Origin: Selaginella moellendorffii
Lineage: Eukaryota; Plantae; Lycopodiophyta
DNA length: 64,000 nt
NCBI RefSeq assembly: GCF_000143415.4
Contig: NW_003314270.1
Location: 2,635,668-2,699,667 of the forward strand
Direction: 5' to 3'
Part shown: in pieces, positions 38,790 through 51,555 of the stretch
How positions within the stretch are numbered: position 1 is the first letter of the stretch
Layout of the letters: each line of letters opens with the position of its first letter
Translations under genes and position numbers: made by a program
Notes under the pieces: generated by a model
Told to the model about the DNA's origin: nothing
The model's database searches: none
Seen by the model: only the letters and a program-made list of their open reading frames with translations

Positions 38790-40527
38790 AACTTTAATTC
38801 TACTAAGGTTAGTTATGATATATTAGAATGCCATTTCCTTCAAGTAATATATTTGTGAGCATTTTGCTTATCCAGTCAATGATACTTTGTGTTCTTTGAG
38901 TTGTATTATGTAAGTTGTTTAACATGCTATCAATAATATTTGATAGTTAAGCTTTATTATTGGTCTAATAATACACTTGCTATTATATTTTATTAGATGG
39001 TTTTTAAATAATAATAATCTTAGTCCTTTACTAGTTTTTAAAATAATAACTTAATTAGAATACTCTTGTGTTCTAATTTAAGATTTATTCACTAATAATT
39101 CCATATCTCTAAGATATTTTGTTTATAACTTTAATATGGTCAATCATGTTGATTTTAATGTTTGGGCTAGTATAGGCAACCTGGCTTTAGCATTTTGTAT
39201 GTATGGTAAAATCCTTAGTCATAGAGTAGCTACTGGAAATTGGTCATATCAATTGCCTCTTTCTTAATGTTCCTAATTCTATTTAAAATGACATAATTAT
39301 ATAAACAATTCTAATTGTTTTTTTATAGTAGTCTATCTAAACTTTACTAATAGGTTTGGATTGTTTGCTTAGGAGGGTTAAAACCTTTAGTTTATATCTT
39401 TATGTCATCTACAAACAGGGGTATATCATATTTTGTAAATTATGTGACACCTAGAGTAACAAAGGTGGCTAACTTTGTTAGTTAATTCTTTGTTGATGAC
39501 TGTCAGAAGGTGTTTAAGTGGTAGCACATTTAGGTTAGATAAATGAGTTGCTCCATAACTCATTTCATTTGATACATTTCTCACAAAATATGAACACCAT
39601 AAACTTTTTATAAAGTTATTTTTTTTGGCAGTGGTTTAGACTAGAGTATGCATCAAAAAGGAGGGGAGTGTGTCATAAATGTAACTACAAGTATCAAAAG
39701 TTACATTTTAGTTAGTTTTTTAAGATATTTTCTTTTTACTACTACAATAGTAGGAGATTAGTATTGCAAGACCCTTTATTAGTCTCTGCAAGACCATTTT
39801 AAATTATATTAGTTATCCAAGTTGAGTAACTAATTAGCATATATGCACTTAGATTGAAAGGGCACTACTAAGTTGTCATTTAGTTAAGTATATTTGACAC
39901 AAATAATGATAAATTCATGTTGTTAAATTGCACTAGCTAATGTTGGGAACCCCCCACCCCCCTAATATTGAGTCTACTCCCTGTATGGTAATTTATTATG
40001 TCCTCCAAGATATCACTCTCTATGTTCTATATAGTCTCATTAGCTATTTATAGAAAGTGTCTAAATTTACAAATAAGGCCTATATACTCTAATACATACT
40101 TTTATATAGGGGGTAGGGGTATAGTAAGTGGGTAGGTTGGGTATAACCAACTAATATAAAGCATTGTTTAGCTCCCTACTAAATATGTCTATCTTTATTC
40201 TGTTGGCTTAGATCTAAACTTAAGTTCCTAGTGGAGTACTTATGTCTTTGCATTAGGCCATTAATATGTTAAAATTTATTTAACTTTATTTTGCATCATA
40301 CGCTTATCATTGAAATGTTAAATAGTCTAAAACTATTTTAATGTCACTCCATACTCTTGTCCCTTCACTCTTTGGCTATATACTTAAGAGTTTAATTTTG
40401 AGAAGTTTGGCTTCAAAACCCTGAAACTTAAGTTCTATTTCCATATGTCCAAAGGTTAAAGTTTCGCTTTGTAATTATTCTATAGTAAACCATTATAAGG
40501 TAAAAAATAAAACTCACATGTGTTATA
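38790..40527 (+). mobile_element. Decayed 3' part of a family A element (internal region, PPT, LTR 39671-40527)
   Basis: 38790-39655 is the reverse complement of 7344-8310. PPT AAAAAGGAGGGGAG, then an LTR starting TGTCATAAATGTAAC and ending cacatgtgttata. Confidence 0.75.
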
Positions 40528-41092
40528 AGTTTTATTATTGTCACATAAGAAGCACAAAGTGAATGAGATAGTGTTAGTTTATAAAACAAATAAGGAAAGA
40601 GTCATCTCTCCCGGATCTACGAGTGGAGCCTCTTCTCTTAACAATGAGCTATTAAAGAAGTTCATTACAATTCCTCAAGGATATAGTTAAGGAGGCTGAT
40701 TATGATCAGGGTATGTTTATGGTATCATCACGGTCAAAAAAACTCCAAATAACTGCTTCTTTAGAGTTGACAATACATGGAATAGAAAGGCATAAGGCAA
40801 GAAAAAGAAACTATCTGGTTGATAATAAACAAGAGAAACATCAAACCTTTGTCTATGTTTTCTAGTTTTAGTAGAAAGATCAAACAAATCATAATATTGT
40901 AGCTTTTAAGGATTTAGCACAAATAACAATCAGCTTATGTAAACGTGATAATTTCCTATTATATCAGTAATAAATTTTATCTCATGTGGTCGTAGGACAA
41001 GCTTTCTGATTGGGAAACAAGATTTCACCAGAGTCATTCTCCACCACACGCTTCTTCTCCTATTAAACTAGGCTGTGGCCTCGTTGCTGGAT

Positions 41093-41768
41093 ATGGCGTC
41101 CCCGCTTCAATGCGGCAAGACCGTCACAAGGCTGGGCAGCACCTTCGCCTCAGGCGACAGCCCAGTCTTTGGAGGTTCCCAAAGACTCAATGCCCTCAGA
41201 CAAAGTTCCTCCTCGTCCGCTTCCAGGGGATCCCAGCTCCACGTCTTTGCCATGGCTCCCAAGAACAAGGTACTCCATTCCAATTCTTCGGCCTTGAAAA
41301 TCTGATGGAACTTCGCCCCCATTGAAGGTGAACGCCTACGACGATGACTGGAGCAAGCAATGGTTTGGCGCGGGGATCTTCAACGAGGACGCGGAAAATG
41401 AGCCCGTTAACATCGTGAAGAAGCTGGAAAAGAAGAAGCTACTGAGCCAAGTGGAAAAGGCCGGCCTCTTGTCCAGAGCTGAGAGCGCCGGGATTAGCCT
41501 CTCCCAGATCGAGAAGCTGGGACTTCTCTCCAAAGCCGAGGATCTGGGCTTACTGAGCCTCGCGGAGAATTTTGCGTCTTCGTCCCCTGCTGCTCTGGCC
41601 TCCCTTTGCCTGCCTTTGCTCGTCGCTGCCATTGCCACGATCGTCTTCGTTCCCGATGATTCTACCGTGCTTGTAGTGACGCAGAATGTGGTAGCATCCT
41701 TCTTCGCAGTTGGAGCTGGAGGCCTGTTTGTAAGTTCGATCATACTGAGCGCTCTCCAAGAAGAATAA
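41093..41768 (+). CDS. RIQ2: DUF1118 thylakoid protein (RIQ2-like), exons 41093-41269 and 41328-41768
   Basis: Transit peptide, then MAPKNK|VNAYDDDWSKQWFGAGIF, LSQVEKAGLLSRAE and two TM helices around VPDDS. 58-nt GT-AG intron. Confidence 0.9.
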
Positions 41769-41936
41769 AAAGCTAATGATAATGAAAGAGAGTTCTCGTA
41801 AGCTTACCTCTGAGGTTGTAAAAGAGCTGGCTTCTTGTTACCTGGAAAAATCGCTAGTTAAAATTCATGTGAAATTCTAGTTGGAGTAGAAGGAATGTCT
41901 TACCTTTAGCTCATGTCACGACTGTTCTTAGCTTCT

Positions 41937-42419
41937 TCATGTTGGAAATGGCCCCAAATGGAGTCCTTCGAGAGTCACCTTCACGTAGATTGCAAGAATT
42001 AGCGTCGCGATGGTCCCCAGGACGGTGAGAATGACAGATATCACATTCTTCAGCCAGGACATGCTGGAGCTTCCCTTGCCCGCCGAGGAAGCGCTGGAAA
42101 GATTTTGACCTTCCACGGCCGTCTTATCGCTCCCAGCCGTCGACTCGCCGAAAGAAACCTCGCTCGTCAGGGAAGACACTTCGAGCTCCTTGAGCTGCTT
42201 CTCCACATCTCCGAGCCTGATCTCCGCGGCGCCTTCCTCCAGGATCGAGATCTGATCATCCTCGATCCCGGGAGCTTCCGGCTTCTTTGCACAGACCTCA
42301 TCGCCGTTGGTCGCATTCCTCCCCTTTCTCGGTACGGATTTCACAGAGAAATCGTGCGCCGGATTCGCCTTTGCTGGCGTCTTCTTAGCCCTGGAGATCG
42401 ATCTGCCGAAGGCCGCCAT
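41937..42419 (-). CDS. Uncharacterised 160-aa protein with a single C-terminal TM helix (tail-anchored-like)
   Basis: Intronless GC-rich ORF; hydrophobic segment VISVILTVLGTIATLILAIYV near the C-terminus. Confidence 0.7.
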   Translation of the reverse strand: MAAFGRSISRAKKTPAKANPAHDFSVKSVPRKGRNATNGDEVCAKKPEAPGIEDDQISILEEGAAEIRLGDVEKQLKELEVSSLTSEVSFGESTAGSDKTAVEGQNLSSASSAGKGSSSMSWLKNVISVILTVLGTIATLILAIYVKVTLEGLHLGPFPT

Positions 42420-42547
42420 CGCCCGGAAGAATAAAAGCCCTAGCTCTTCCCGCTCTAATTAATTTTAACAGTGAATGGATTAGATTAGTATACATTAACA
42501 AACTACTGTTAAACTAAACAAATGCCCAGAGTTAGGGCAAAAATGCT

Positions 42548-43747
42548 CTAGCAGCAAATAGGGCATCGAATAAGTCCGTTCTCGTTGCATTCAAGGCACT
42601 GGATCTTCTCTCCACTCCCATCCTCCGCCAAGATCTTGCAGCTACCGTTACAATCCAGGCACAGCATGAATCGAGCGCCGCCACAGCCATCGCAAGCTTT
42701 GCTGTGATCCTCTCGCCGAATCCCCTGGAGCAATCTCGCCAGCAGCCCCTTCTCGTGAGCCCTCGACACCTCCTCCAATCCGCCGATCAATCGCCCCCTC
42801 ACAAACAGCCTGGGAACCGCGCAGGATTGCGAGAGCTCCTTGAGCTCCTGCCGGAACGCCTGATGCATCGATAGATCCCTCTCGCCCACGCTCACGCCAT
42901 AGCTCCTGACGATCTCGAGCACCGTGCTACATTCCTCGTGTGTTCTTCGCACCCCTCGCAGGCTCGTGTAGTAGACCACGGCCTTGGATTCGCCAGCCGG
43001 AGGACAGAGGAGCTGGAAATCGCGAAGCTCCGCCGGATTCTCGTCTAGAGACCTCGGATCGTCTTTCGGATCGCAATCGAGAGGCCTCGCTGCTGAAAGA
43101 TCCCGCTGGCTATCATCCGATGGAGATTTCTTCGAGTTCCAGTCCTCCTCTGAGATTTGCTCGAAAGCCCTCTCGATGCTCTCCAGGAGATCCGGATCGA
43201 ACAGGCTCCGGCTCGTGCTGGTGCTGCTGGACGAGGTGGCTGTCTCCACGATCGAATTGCTAGCCTTGGACGAGAGGCATCGCATTTTCTTGCTTGAGCG
43301 TTGGTGGTGGTGCTGGCACTGCTGCCGCGGCTGCTCCTCGAGCTCCTGGTCGGATCTGTGAAGCTCGCGGACGATGTCGTATGTAGAGGTGGAGGAATTG
43401 CTGCTGGAGCCCCTTGGGTGATGCGAGGTCTGGCTGAGAGCATAGAAATCCTGCTGCTCCTGTTCCTGGCGATTATCATCGCCTTCCAGCCCCTTCATGA
43501 GCTCCACGGCATTGATCACCTCTGGGCGATCCTTCTTCTCCAGCTTGCCATCGCGATCAAGGACGCCATACGTACTGGATGTGAGCGCCACAAAGTGGCT
43601 CCGCTGGCGCTGCTGCTGGCGATCGTCAACGAGATCCTCATCCGCTGCGCGGGACCTCTTCCTCGATCTCTTGGGAGTGGCGCTGACGCCGGGATTATCC
43701 TCGCGCTCCGCCTGCAAATGCATCACTCGCGATGACGCGCACCCCAT
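42548..43747 (-). CDS. Class IV glutaredoxin-domain protein (GRX-like + Cys zinc-finger tail)
   Basis: MGCASS myristoylation-type start; VVYYTSLRGVRRTHEEC, ERDLSMH, VPRLFVRGRLIGG, CDGCGGARFMLCLDCNGS, CNENGLIRCPIC. Confidence 0.93.
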   Translation of the reverse strand: MGCASSRVMHLQAEREDNPGVSATPKRSRKRSRAADEDLVDDRQQQRQRSHFVALTSSTYGVLDRDGKLEKKDRPEVINAVELMKGLEGDDNRQEQEQQDFYALSQTSHHPRGSSSNSSTSTYDIVRELHRSDQELEEQPRQQCQHHHQRSSKKMRCLSSKASNSIVETATSSSSTSTSRSLFDPDLLESIERAFEQISEEDWNSKKSPSDDSQRDLSAARPLDCDPKDDPRSLDENPAELRDFQLLCPPAGESKAVVYYTSLRGVRRTHEECSTVLEIVRSYGVSVGERDLSMHQAFRQELKELSQSCAVPRLFVRGRLIGGLEEVSRAHEKGLLARLLQGIRREDHSKACDGCGGARFMLCLDCNGSCKILAEDGSGEKIQCLECNENGLIRCPICC

Positions 43748-44126
43748 GTCTATCCCGGATCGATAGAGTGGAAGCCCTAGCCACAAAGAAATAAAAAGAT
43801 TGTTACACGGGGCTTCTTAAGTATCTTCAGGGCATCTGGAGCAGCCATGGCAACCATCAATGGCTGTTTTTTTCATCCAAATAGAACACATTCCGTTTAA
43901 AACAGTCACTAGCCGTTAGAGATCAAAAAACTATTCTACGAAATTCAATCTTAAAGAATATGCTACGAATATTTTGCCCCAAGAATATTTCACGTGTATT
44001 TGTATCAGTCTTTTTAGTCACTTCGCTTTGTTTCCTTTTCCACAATGGAGAGTTAACATTCACAGCACGAGAGCATTCCTTCCTAGTCGAGCATACCTTT
44101 ACATGGACCGACGAAGAAGTTCTCGC

Positions 44127-45468
44127 TCACTCGGCACCAGCGCTTTGTTGGAGATTGTTCGCATCGTCCAGGTATGTCTCGGAGTACTCCGGGAAATCCT
44201 GGACACTAGCCTCGTAGTCCACCTTTGGGTACACTGCCTGCTGCTGCTCGCCACCGCTCTTCCTCGCTGGATCGTTCATCCGTGACCGCTTCGCTGGGGG
44301 TGGATTCCCAGTTTCTTTTATTTCTTCTGGGGCATCGGCCTTCTTGTCCGAGCCTTGAATGCCCCTCGTCTGGATCCTCAGCTGCTCGTTCAGCCTTTCG
44401 TGCTCCTCGATCAGTTTCTCGAGGTACTTGGTCTGCGTCTCCAGCCGTAACTGGAATTGTCGTTGGACCTGTAAGGCGACATGTTTCCTCTTTCTTTCAA
44501 AAGGAAACGAAAGCTTTTCTAACCTCCAGCTGGTCTTGCAGGCGTTTCTGGACTTCGACTTGTACCCGCACAGCTTCCGCAAGATCGAAGGCTCTGTAAG
44601 GCGATCAGGACAAGCTCAAAAACGGAGGAAAAAGAAAAATGAAAAACGTACGAGTCAATGTGGGGAACCATGTCGTCCATTTTCTTTTCATGGTCGCCTC
44701 CTGGAACAAAACGTCCACAATGTCAGAGAGCTAGAAAGTTTCTCGTTCATCATCACCTTCTATCATAGCGCCTGGAGTCGAGAGCCTAAACTTCTGTGAT
44801 CGACGACGGCGTTTAGCGACAGTAAAAAAATGATTTTATTTTCCAAACACTTGCCTGCAAATGGCTCTTCACGTGATAGACCGTCAGTCCTTTCACCTCC
44901 ATGTACCTCAAAACACCTTTGGGCGTTGCTCCTGTTCACACACACACCACAAACAAAAAGAAGAAAGCAGCAAAAGCTCAAGCTTGAATCGAAAGGAACA
45001 AGAAAAAAGGAAAGAGGGAGCGCTTTCTTACTGTCAGGACCACCAAGAGATTTCACAGCGTCCACGAAGCGATCGTGCAAGTCGGGCGTCCAGCGGAGGC
45101 GCTGCTTGACGGAGTTCCCAGCTCCAGAGATGCCGGGGCTGTTTGGACCACTGTCCTCGGAAACGATGTCGGGGGTCTCCTGCGTTGGCTGCAGCAAGCT
45201 CGCGGGCGAGAGCTTTTTGTCCTCGTACATTGTCTAACCAAGAAACGAAAGAACAAAAAAAAAAATTGAGAGAAAAAAAAAAATTTAGCCCCACGCACGG
45301 AGAAAACCCTCCCTCTCGTAACTAACAAAACTGAAAAGAAAGACGACGAGCGATCCGAGACGCCAAGAGGCTCGAATTCGCCAATTCGTGGCACGAATTA
45401 GGCCTAGAACACCACTGATTCTCGCGGCGGCGCGAGACACACAATTCAGGCGCTACGAATCTCACCAT
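44127..45468 (-). CDS. MYB-CC (PHR1-like / PHL) transcription factor, multi-exon
   Basis: [42 protein letters not shown]; coiled coil [18 protein letters not shown]|[16 protein letters not shown]. Start is ATG 45230 or an in-frame spliced ATG at 45468. Confidence 0.9.
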
Positions 45469-45707
45469 GGGTAGAGCGTTGAGCGCCCCGCTCCCGCTGT
45501 GCCAATCTTCCGCCAGCGATCGCCGCCGCGCAGCGCCTATGGCTGTTAGTGAATCTTGGGTCCGAGAATCTGTTCTATAAACCCTAACACAGGCACCACT
45601 CGAAGCTAATAGACGATCGCGGCCGTCGGATCTGTGGATCCGACGGCTGCCGTGCTTCTTGTTCTAAATGGGATCCCTGCATTGAGCGCTGCTTTCAAGA
45701 ACCCTTG

Positions 45708-45741
45708 GCATATGCTGCTTTTTCAAAGTGTGGGCATATTC
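45708..45741. promoter_or_regulatory. Two P1BS-consensus motifs (GNATATNC) upstream of the PHL gene
   Basis: GCATATGC at 45708-45715 and GCATATTC at 45734-45741. Confidence 0.45.
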
Positions 45742-45950
45742 TTACGTTTGATTCATGCATATAGATTTACTGCGTAGGAACCAATTCATCAAATCCATGG
45801 CCGAAGCAGCAGCTATAAACCCGAGCTCGCGAAAGAAAGAAAAACTTGTAACTTGTTGGGGGAGTCTCTAGAATAATCCTAAAGTTCTAGCTAACAATCC
45901 GCGCTCGTCTTTGATCTTTTGTCATCAAAATCCTGGGCGAGGCGAGCGGG

Positions 45951-46868
45951 TCAACTCTCGGCTTTCGCAGCGTCTGGAAGCTCCTCCGGATCTGCAGACA
46001 GTAGAATCAGTTTTTCTTTTTCACGATCTTCCTGAAAGTACCAGCTGTTTTCTCCAGCGTCGTCGCTGTGTCGGTTTTTTTCGAGGCGTCCGGAAGAGTC
46101 TCTGGATCTAGCAAAACGATGAAATGAGGAAACCAGAGAGAAGACTACACTAGGAGCAAACAAACCTTCATCGTCGCTATCGGCTTCATTTCCACCCATG
46201 TCGAAGTTCTAAACACGGAAGCAAAAGAAACGTAAGATTCAAGACGAGCGAATGCGAGAAACAAGCATACCGAGAGATCACCAAGCCCGCCTAGTTCGAA
46301 ATCTTCCGCTATCCGAGAAGAAGTTAGATCAAGACTGGAAAGGACAGAAGAGAAAATGGACAAAAGATCACTCACCACCACCACCACCTCCAACCTCGTT
46401 CTCCTCATCTTCATCAACCCATTTGTTCCAGTCCACTTTCAAGTAAGGAGGAGCTCTTCCCTCACCTTTGATTAGCCTCGGCCACCACATCTTCTCTGCT
46501 TTCTCAATGACAACGAAAATCTGGCGCGCGCCAGTGCTAATCTTACTCGCCTGCAAGCGAAGAACACCCTATTGTTAATAACACAAGGAAGAGGAAGAAA
46601 ATGAGGGAAAGGAGAGCTCACCTCCACGTTAATTTCCTTGAACAGCTCCAGCTCGACTTCGTATTTCTCATCGCTAGCTCCAGCCGTCGCGGAGAACTTG
46701 AGCTTCCCTTGCGGCTCAATCTTCACAACCGGAGACTTGGCATCGGGCAGTTCAATGGTGAGAAACACGCGCTCTGAATGCTGCGCCCACACAATCTCTG
46801 GATGCCTGCTCACAAAACCATCAGATTTTCTCTCCACGCGCCACAGATTCGCAAAGAACAGACCTCAT
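45951..46868 (-). CDS. HSP90 co-chaperone p23 (CS domain), multi-exon
   Basis: MR|HPEIVWAQ..VFLTIELPDAK, WWPRLIKGEGRAPPYLKVDWNKWVDEDE, acidic tail ADSDDE. Confidence 0.92.
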
Positions 46869-47008
46869 GGCGCTTCTCCGACGCACGAACAAACGACGAC
46901 CTAACTGAGAACCCTAGATACCTAGTAAAGAAGAAATCGTGAGCCGTTGGATCGGCACGAAGCTAGATAATCCAACAGTGTCAGATGCGGTACCGGGTTT
47001 ATTGGCGG

Positions 47009-47725
47009 TTAAAGCTTTCTTATTACATCATCTTCTTCGTGGCACCAAGAGTTATAGTCTTGGACGATTCCTTTGGATAGATCTCGCTCCAGGCTTGCCA
47101 GGATTGTCTCCATTGCCACATCGCCGGCGAGCTTCACTGCTTGATGCGGGAGGATCGACGGCAAGTCAATCGCCAGAGCCAGTGTTACAAATCCCTCAAA
47201 AGAATGTGGCTCTTCTCCTTCATCTGTCCTGGGAAGTAAAGCTCCATACCTTTGGCGCTGTTTTACTACGCGGAGCTGTCCTTGAAGCGAGAAGTTTATG
47301 TCGAGATCGGGGCCTCCATGGAACTTGACGCACAACTGTTGCGACTGGATCTTAAGAAGTTGCAAGGCTTCGTCAAAATCCACCCTGCGCGTTTCAATCA
47401 AGAGTTGAGAACCATGACTAGATCGCTGTGGAAAACAAAAACAGAGGAGAGCTTACTTGAAATCACAGACGGGTGTAGCTGACATAGAAAAAACTGAAAC
47501 AGTTATCAGCCGAGCTCGCCAGAGTGATCCTTCAATGTGCTGCGCACGAGCGGGCTCCTGGAATGTGATCCTTATAACACGATCCACCTGTTTGAGGTAC
47601 TCTTGCGGGGATTTTTCCCTCTTCTCGCACGGGAGAAACAATTTTTTGCTTCGTTGAAATCTCGCAAGATGGCTCTTCACGGGAAAGTGAGCCGCCGGGT
47701 TCCAGCCTTGGATACGAAGCGCCAT
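47009..47725 (-). CDS. DUF1997-family protein, 2 exons
   Basis: EYLKQVDRV..WRARL..FSMSATPVCD; LQGQL..LPHQAVKLAGDVAMETIL..IVQDYNSW. The frame is joined by a 39-nt intron (47418-47456). Confidence 0.75.
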
Positions 47726-47978
47726 TGCTTCAGCTTGTTCTTCGACTTCCTGGAAACAATTAAAAACATGCCAATCCAAAGTGCTCTTGCTGATCTGTTT
47801 ACCTTGCGTGTTGACAAGAAAGTCAAGGCACCATCCTAAGCAGCTGTTGTTTCTAAACACGCAGGATTTCCACAAACAACGTGCCAATTAAAACAGGAAC
47901 ACGAGACAAGGAGACTTCATACCTGTTCATGACTACAACGTGTCGCGAGTTAAAGGAGCTTGTGTAGAAGTATTCCCC

Positions 47979-48911
47979 TCACACTTTCGGTTGTTCTACG
48001 TAGAGTTGTACGTTGAGAAACTGACTTTTCATCGATTTGATGGGCGTGATGAGGGGTGGATGCGCCCAAGCCCCAATTTCCGTGGGAATCCAGGCAAGAT
48101 CACCGCTGCTTTCAGTAGTTTGCATCTGCTTTGAATACGCAACTAGCTCCCAAGAGCAATCTGTAGAGATCGTTGTAAGTGAGACAGAACAATAGAACAA
48201 GCAAAAGAAACAAACAAAAAAAAAAAAAAGCAGGGAGTAGGACCTGGAGGTAGAGGTAGCAACAAATGACGAGAAGCGCCAATCTTCATAAAAAACGCTC
48301 GCAGATCCGGCTCCAAGTCATTTAACCGAAACTCCCCCTCGAAAGAAAGATCAACTTGCAGCTTAAAGATGTACTTTTCCACTGCTACGTTCTCCTTATT
48401 ATGCACCACGAGAGCTATTTTGTCGACGACACCCTGTTCAAGGCATGAGCGAAGAAAGGAAGACAATGCGATATACTGAGATACCTGTTTGATCCAAGTG
48501 TGCAAACTATACACAACGTTATGGATGTATTGCTGGAGCCCGGGATGGCGAGCCCAGTGAATGAGACAATTCATGTAGCGCCGCCGCTCGAAAACTTCTG
48601 TAATGAGCACGCCATGAGATCTTTGGAATCACAACTATTAAAGCACGCAGGAAGTGATTCTAATGCGGAAGATTCAAACGCACGAAGAAACGAAAATGCA
48701 GATGAATAGAGCGGCCACAAAGATGCAAACCATTGCGAATCTCAAAATGCTCCTCACCTGGAGAGTATAATCCACGAATCGAGAGCAGTAGATGGACGGC
48801 GGCTTCCAGAAACTCGCACAGGAGCGTCGCAGCTGGACCTAGACACTCCAAGATCAATCAATCTCGCTGGAAAGCGGTGGAAACAAAGGCGGATGAGATA
48901 CCTGTCGCCAT
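47979..48911 (-). CDS. REV7: DNA polymerase zeta processivity subunit (HORMA domain)
   Basis: LCEFLEAAVHLLLSIRGLYS, VFERRRYMN..WARHPGLQQYIH, VEKYIFKL, PLITPIKSMKSQFLNVQLYVE; GT-AG introns. Confidence 0.93.
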
Positions 48912-49356
48912 TAACCCCGTAAGTCCCTGAAAAGCTGCCCTAAAGAAAGTGGAATATGCATTTGGCGACCGGGGCAAGGCGAAAGCACCGATTGACGCAT
49001 TTGATACCAACAAACGGTGAGCGTATCAAACCAGGCAGCTTAATTTTTTCTCACTACTTGCTATGTAGCGGCCGAGCTAGTTCTTTTGTCGCGCCCTTCC
49101 TTCGTTCTTTTCTTTCCCAAGACCGTGGTGTTCTTACTTTGGCATTTCGTGGCGATAACTGTTCTTCCTATAACTTTTTTTCTCGCTTTAGTTTTTTCGT
49201 TTTTTCATGAAGTTTTTCATGGTCTGGGATTGAATGCTCGATCCAAATGCCTCTCTATCTCTAGTGTGGGTGTTTTCGATTGAACATCCACTAAGAATGG
49301 TTCTAAGGCTGTGTTTTCTCGTTTTTGCTTGGTTCTCTCTCTGATCTAGCACCTCT

Positions 49357-51281
49357 CTAGCACCTCCATGCCGACGCTCCAATGATCGCTCGGTCTTGCC
49401 ACCCGAGTAACAAGCAGCCCTTGTCCTCCACAAGCGTGTATCCATCCGTCTGGTAGAGCCTGAGCAGAAGCTTGGACTGATGAACAGCACTGGGACTGAG
49501 TGCTACGTTGTAGAAGCCAATGCTCTCCATGATCTTACACCACTTGTCCACCTTCTCGTGCCTCACGATCCTCTGGCTCCCCTCGCAAGCCACAATGTTC
49601 ATGATCTCGGACGAGAACACCACTTGCTCCACCTTGGCTCTCTCGGGGCTCACCTGCGGCAGCGTCGCCTCGAGCGAGTCGAAGATCGCCGAGTAGTAAT
49701 GCATCGCCTCGAGAAACCTCTTGAGGAACGAGTTCGTGTTGTGGTTCGCCTCCTGCTCGACCAGCGTCACGATCCTCGGCGCTTGCTCGCGTATCATGCT
49801 GAGGATTCGCACCACCGGATTCACGACCAGATGGTCGTCGGTGAAAAGCCTGTGGAATCGATCGATGCAGTTCACTGCCAGTGCCTCGCCGTGTCTCCGG
49901 TGTAACATATGAGACTGCAAGTCCTCGAGCCTCTCCCCGACGGCGTGATACTCGAACGGGACGCGTAGAGTGGCGGCTAAGTCGGCTAGTCGCTTCCCAG
50001 TTTCCTGGACTGCCTCGAGCGGCATTCCCACACCCGTGATTCTCAAGTGTGGAGCTCCTCCTTGCCTGGCTGCGAGTGCTTGCATGAAGGCTGGCCACTG
50101 ATAACCCTGCAAGATCTCCAGGTCGATGATATGGACGCTTTGCTCGCCCTCGAAAGCTTCGAAGATCGCCTGGTTTGAGGTGAAGTGCGCGAACTTGATG
50201 TAGGGGCAGACTTGGTAGAGGATGTGGTAAGCTCCCAGGATTTCTTCCAGAGATGCTGGATCGTAGGCTCGCAGGGCAGTGTAGGATCGATAGCCGGTTC
50301 CGTTGAGACGAGCGTAAAGAGCGTCCGTGAAGTGAGTTGCGACTCGGTGGATGGAATCGCCGGTTGGAGAGGCGAGCTGCTTGAGTTGGTGGAGGAGGTT
50401 TCCAGCGTAGATGTAGTCTTCTTGGTCGATTTTCTCGCCGCAGCCGAGCAGCATGTGGATCAGCTGAAGCCCACCGACGTGAACAGTCTGTAGAGAGGAT
50501 TTAGCAAGCCAAAATCTGGTTTTTGCATTCTTCCGAGAGGATTGGAGGAGTTTACCTGAGCTCGCAGCAGTGTCGAAGGATCCTGGTCCAGCAGTCCCTG
50601 CAGTGGGCTTGTGAGTGAAGATGGAGATGGAGGAGCTGGAAGTGGAGCGGCCATTTTCTTGCTGGAAGTTCCTCCCGGAGAGTGGTGGTGATTTAGAGGC
50701 GACGTCGAGTGGTTTAGTGAAGTTGGCATGGATCGAGGAGCTATGGCGATGCTCGTAGTATTTGAAGAACAAAACGACTTGGTCTTCGATAGGTTCTTGG
50801 TGGTTGCGAGAGAAGAAGGAGAAGAAGAAGAGGTATGTTGGAAACTCTCCAAGTGTGGAGCACTGGGAACTTTATGGAGCAGCCCCGAGTCGCTGCTAAA
50901 CATGGGCTCGCGGAACAAAGGCTCGAATTCCGCGCTGTAATTACCAAAGTGTTCTTGCGATGGCGAGGAACTGGACGATCCAGCAGCAGAGATGCGATCA
51001 TACTTCGGTGGCAATGGTGGTGGTGTGGCTGTTCTTCCGACGATCGATGCTAGATCATCTCCGGACGATGGTGGCGGCTTGATCACCTCCTCGTCAAAGC
51101 CAAGCTGCTCGAAACTTCTCTCCGGGAGAATCTGGTGGAGGCTCTCGGGCTCGAGAAGATCGTCCATGAGATCCATCCATGACGAATCCGGGGACTGGAG
51201 GAGACAAGCATCATCCAGCTCGAAGATCTCGGCTTTTGGATCGATGAGCGCCTTTGTTCCACACAGAGAATCTTGCATCAT
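49357..51281 (-). CDS. RAM1: GRAS transcription factor, RAM1-like; exons 51281-50556 and 50487-49357 (~618 aa)
   Basis: [87 protein letters not shown] closely match RAM1-clade motifs. Phase-0 68-nt intron just before the GRAS domain. The GRAS call is near-certain; orthology is not tested. Confidence 0.8.
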
Positions 51282-51555
51282 GTTTGCTTCTCTCCTCTCT
51301 TCTTTTCCCTTCTTTTTTTACTTCTATCAACTATAGCATCTCCTTTTGAGCATAGATCTTTCTATCTCCTCATCTACGAGTCTATGACACTAGAGAAAGC
51401 ATGGCACACGATTAATGGAGGGCGACGTAGATATCAAAATTGCGACTACATGCAAACCAAACTTACGTTGTCCCGCAGCATTTTGGCGGGACATTGAGTT
51501 GTAATATACGTTTTTTGTCTCTAGGGCTAGGGTTTTTGGAGCGCCACGAAGGGCG

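Noticed and set aside
50488-50772. N-terminal extension of the 471-aa GRAS ORF as the true start
   Set aside because: A clean phase-0 GT-AG intron links the GRAS domain to the upstream 242-codon exon instead.
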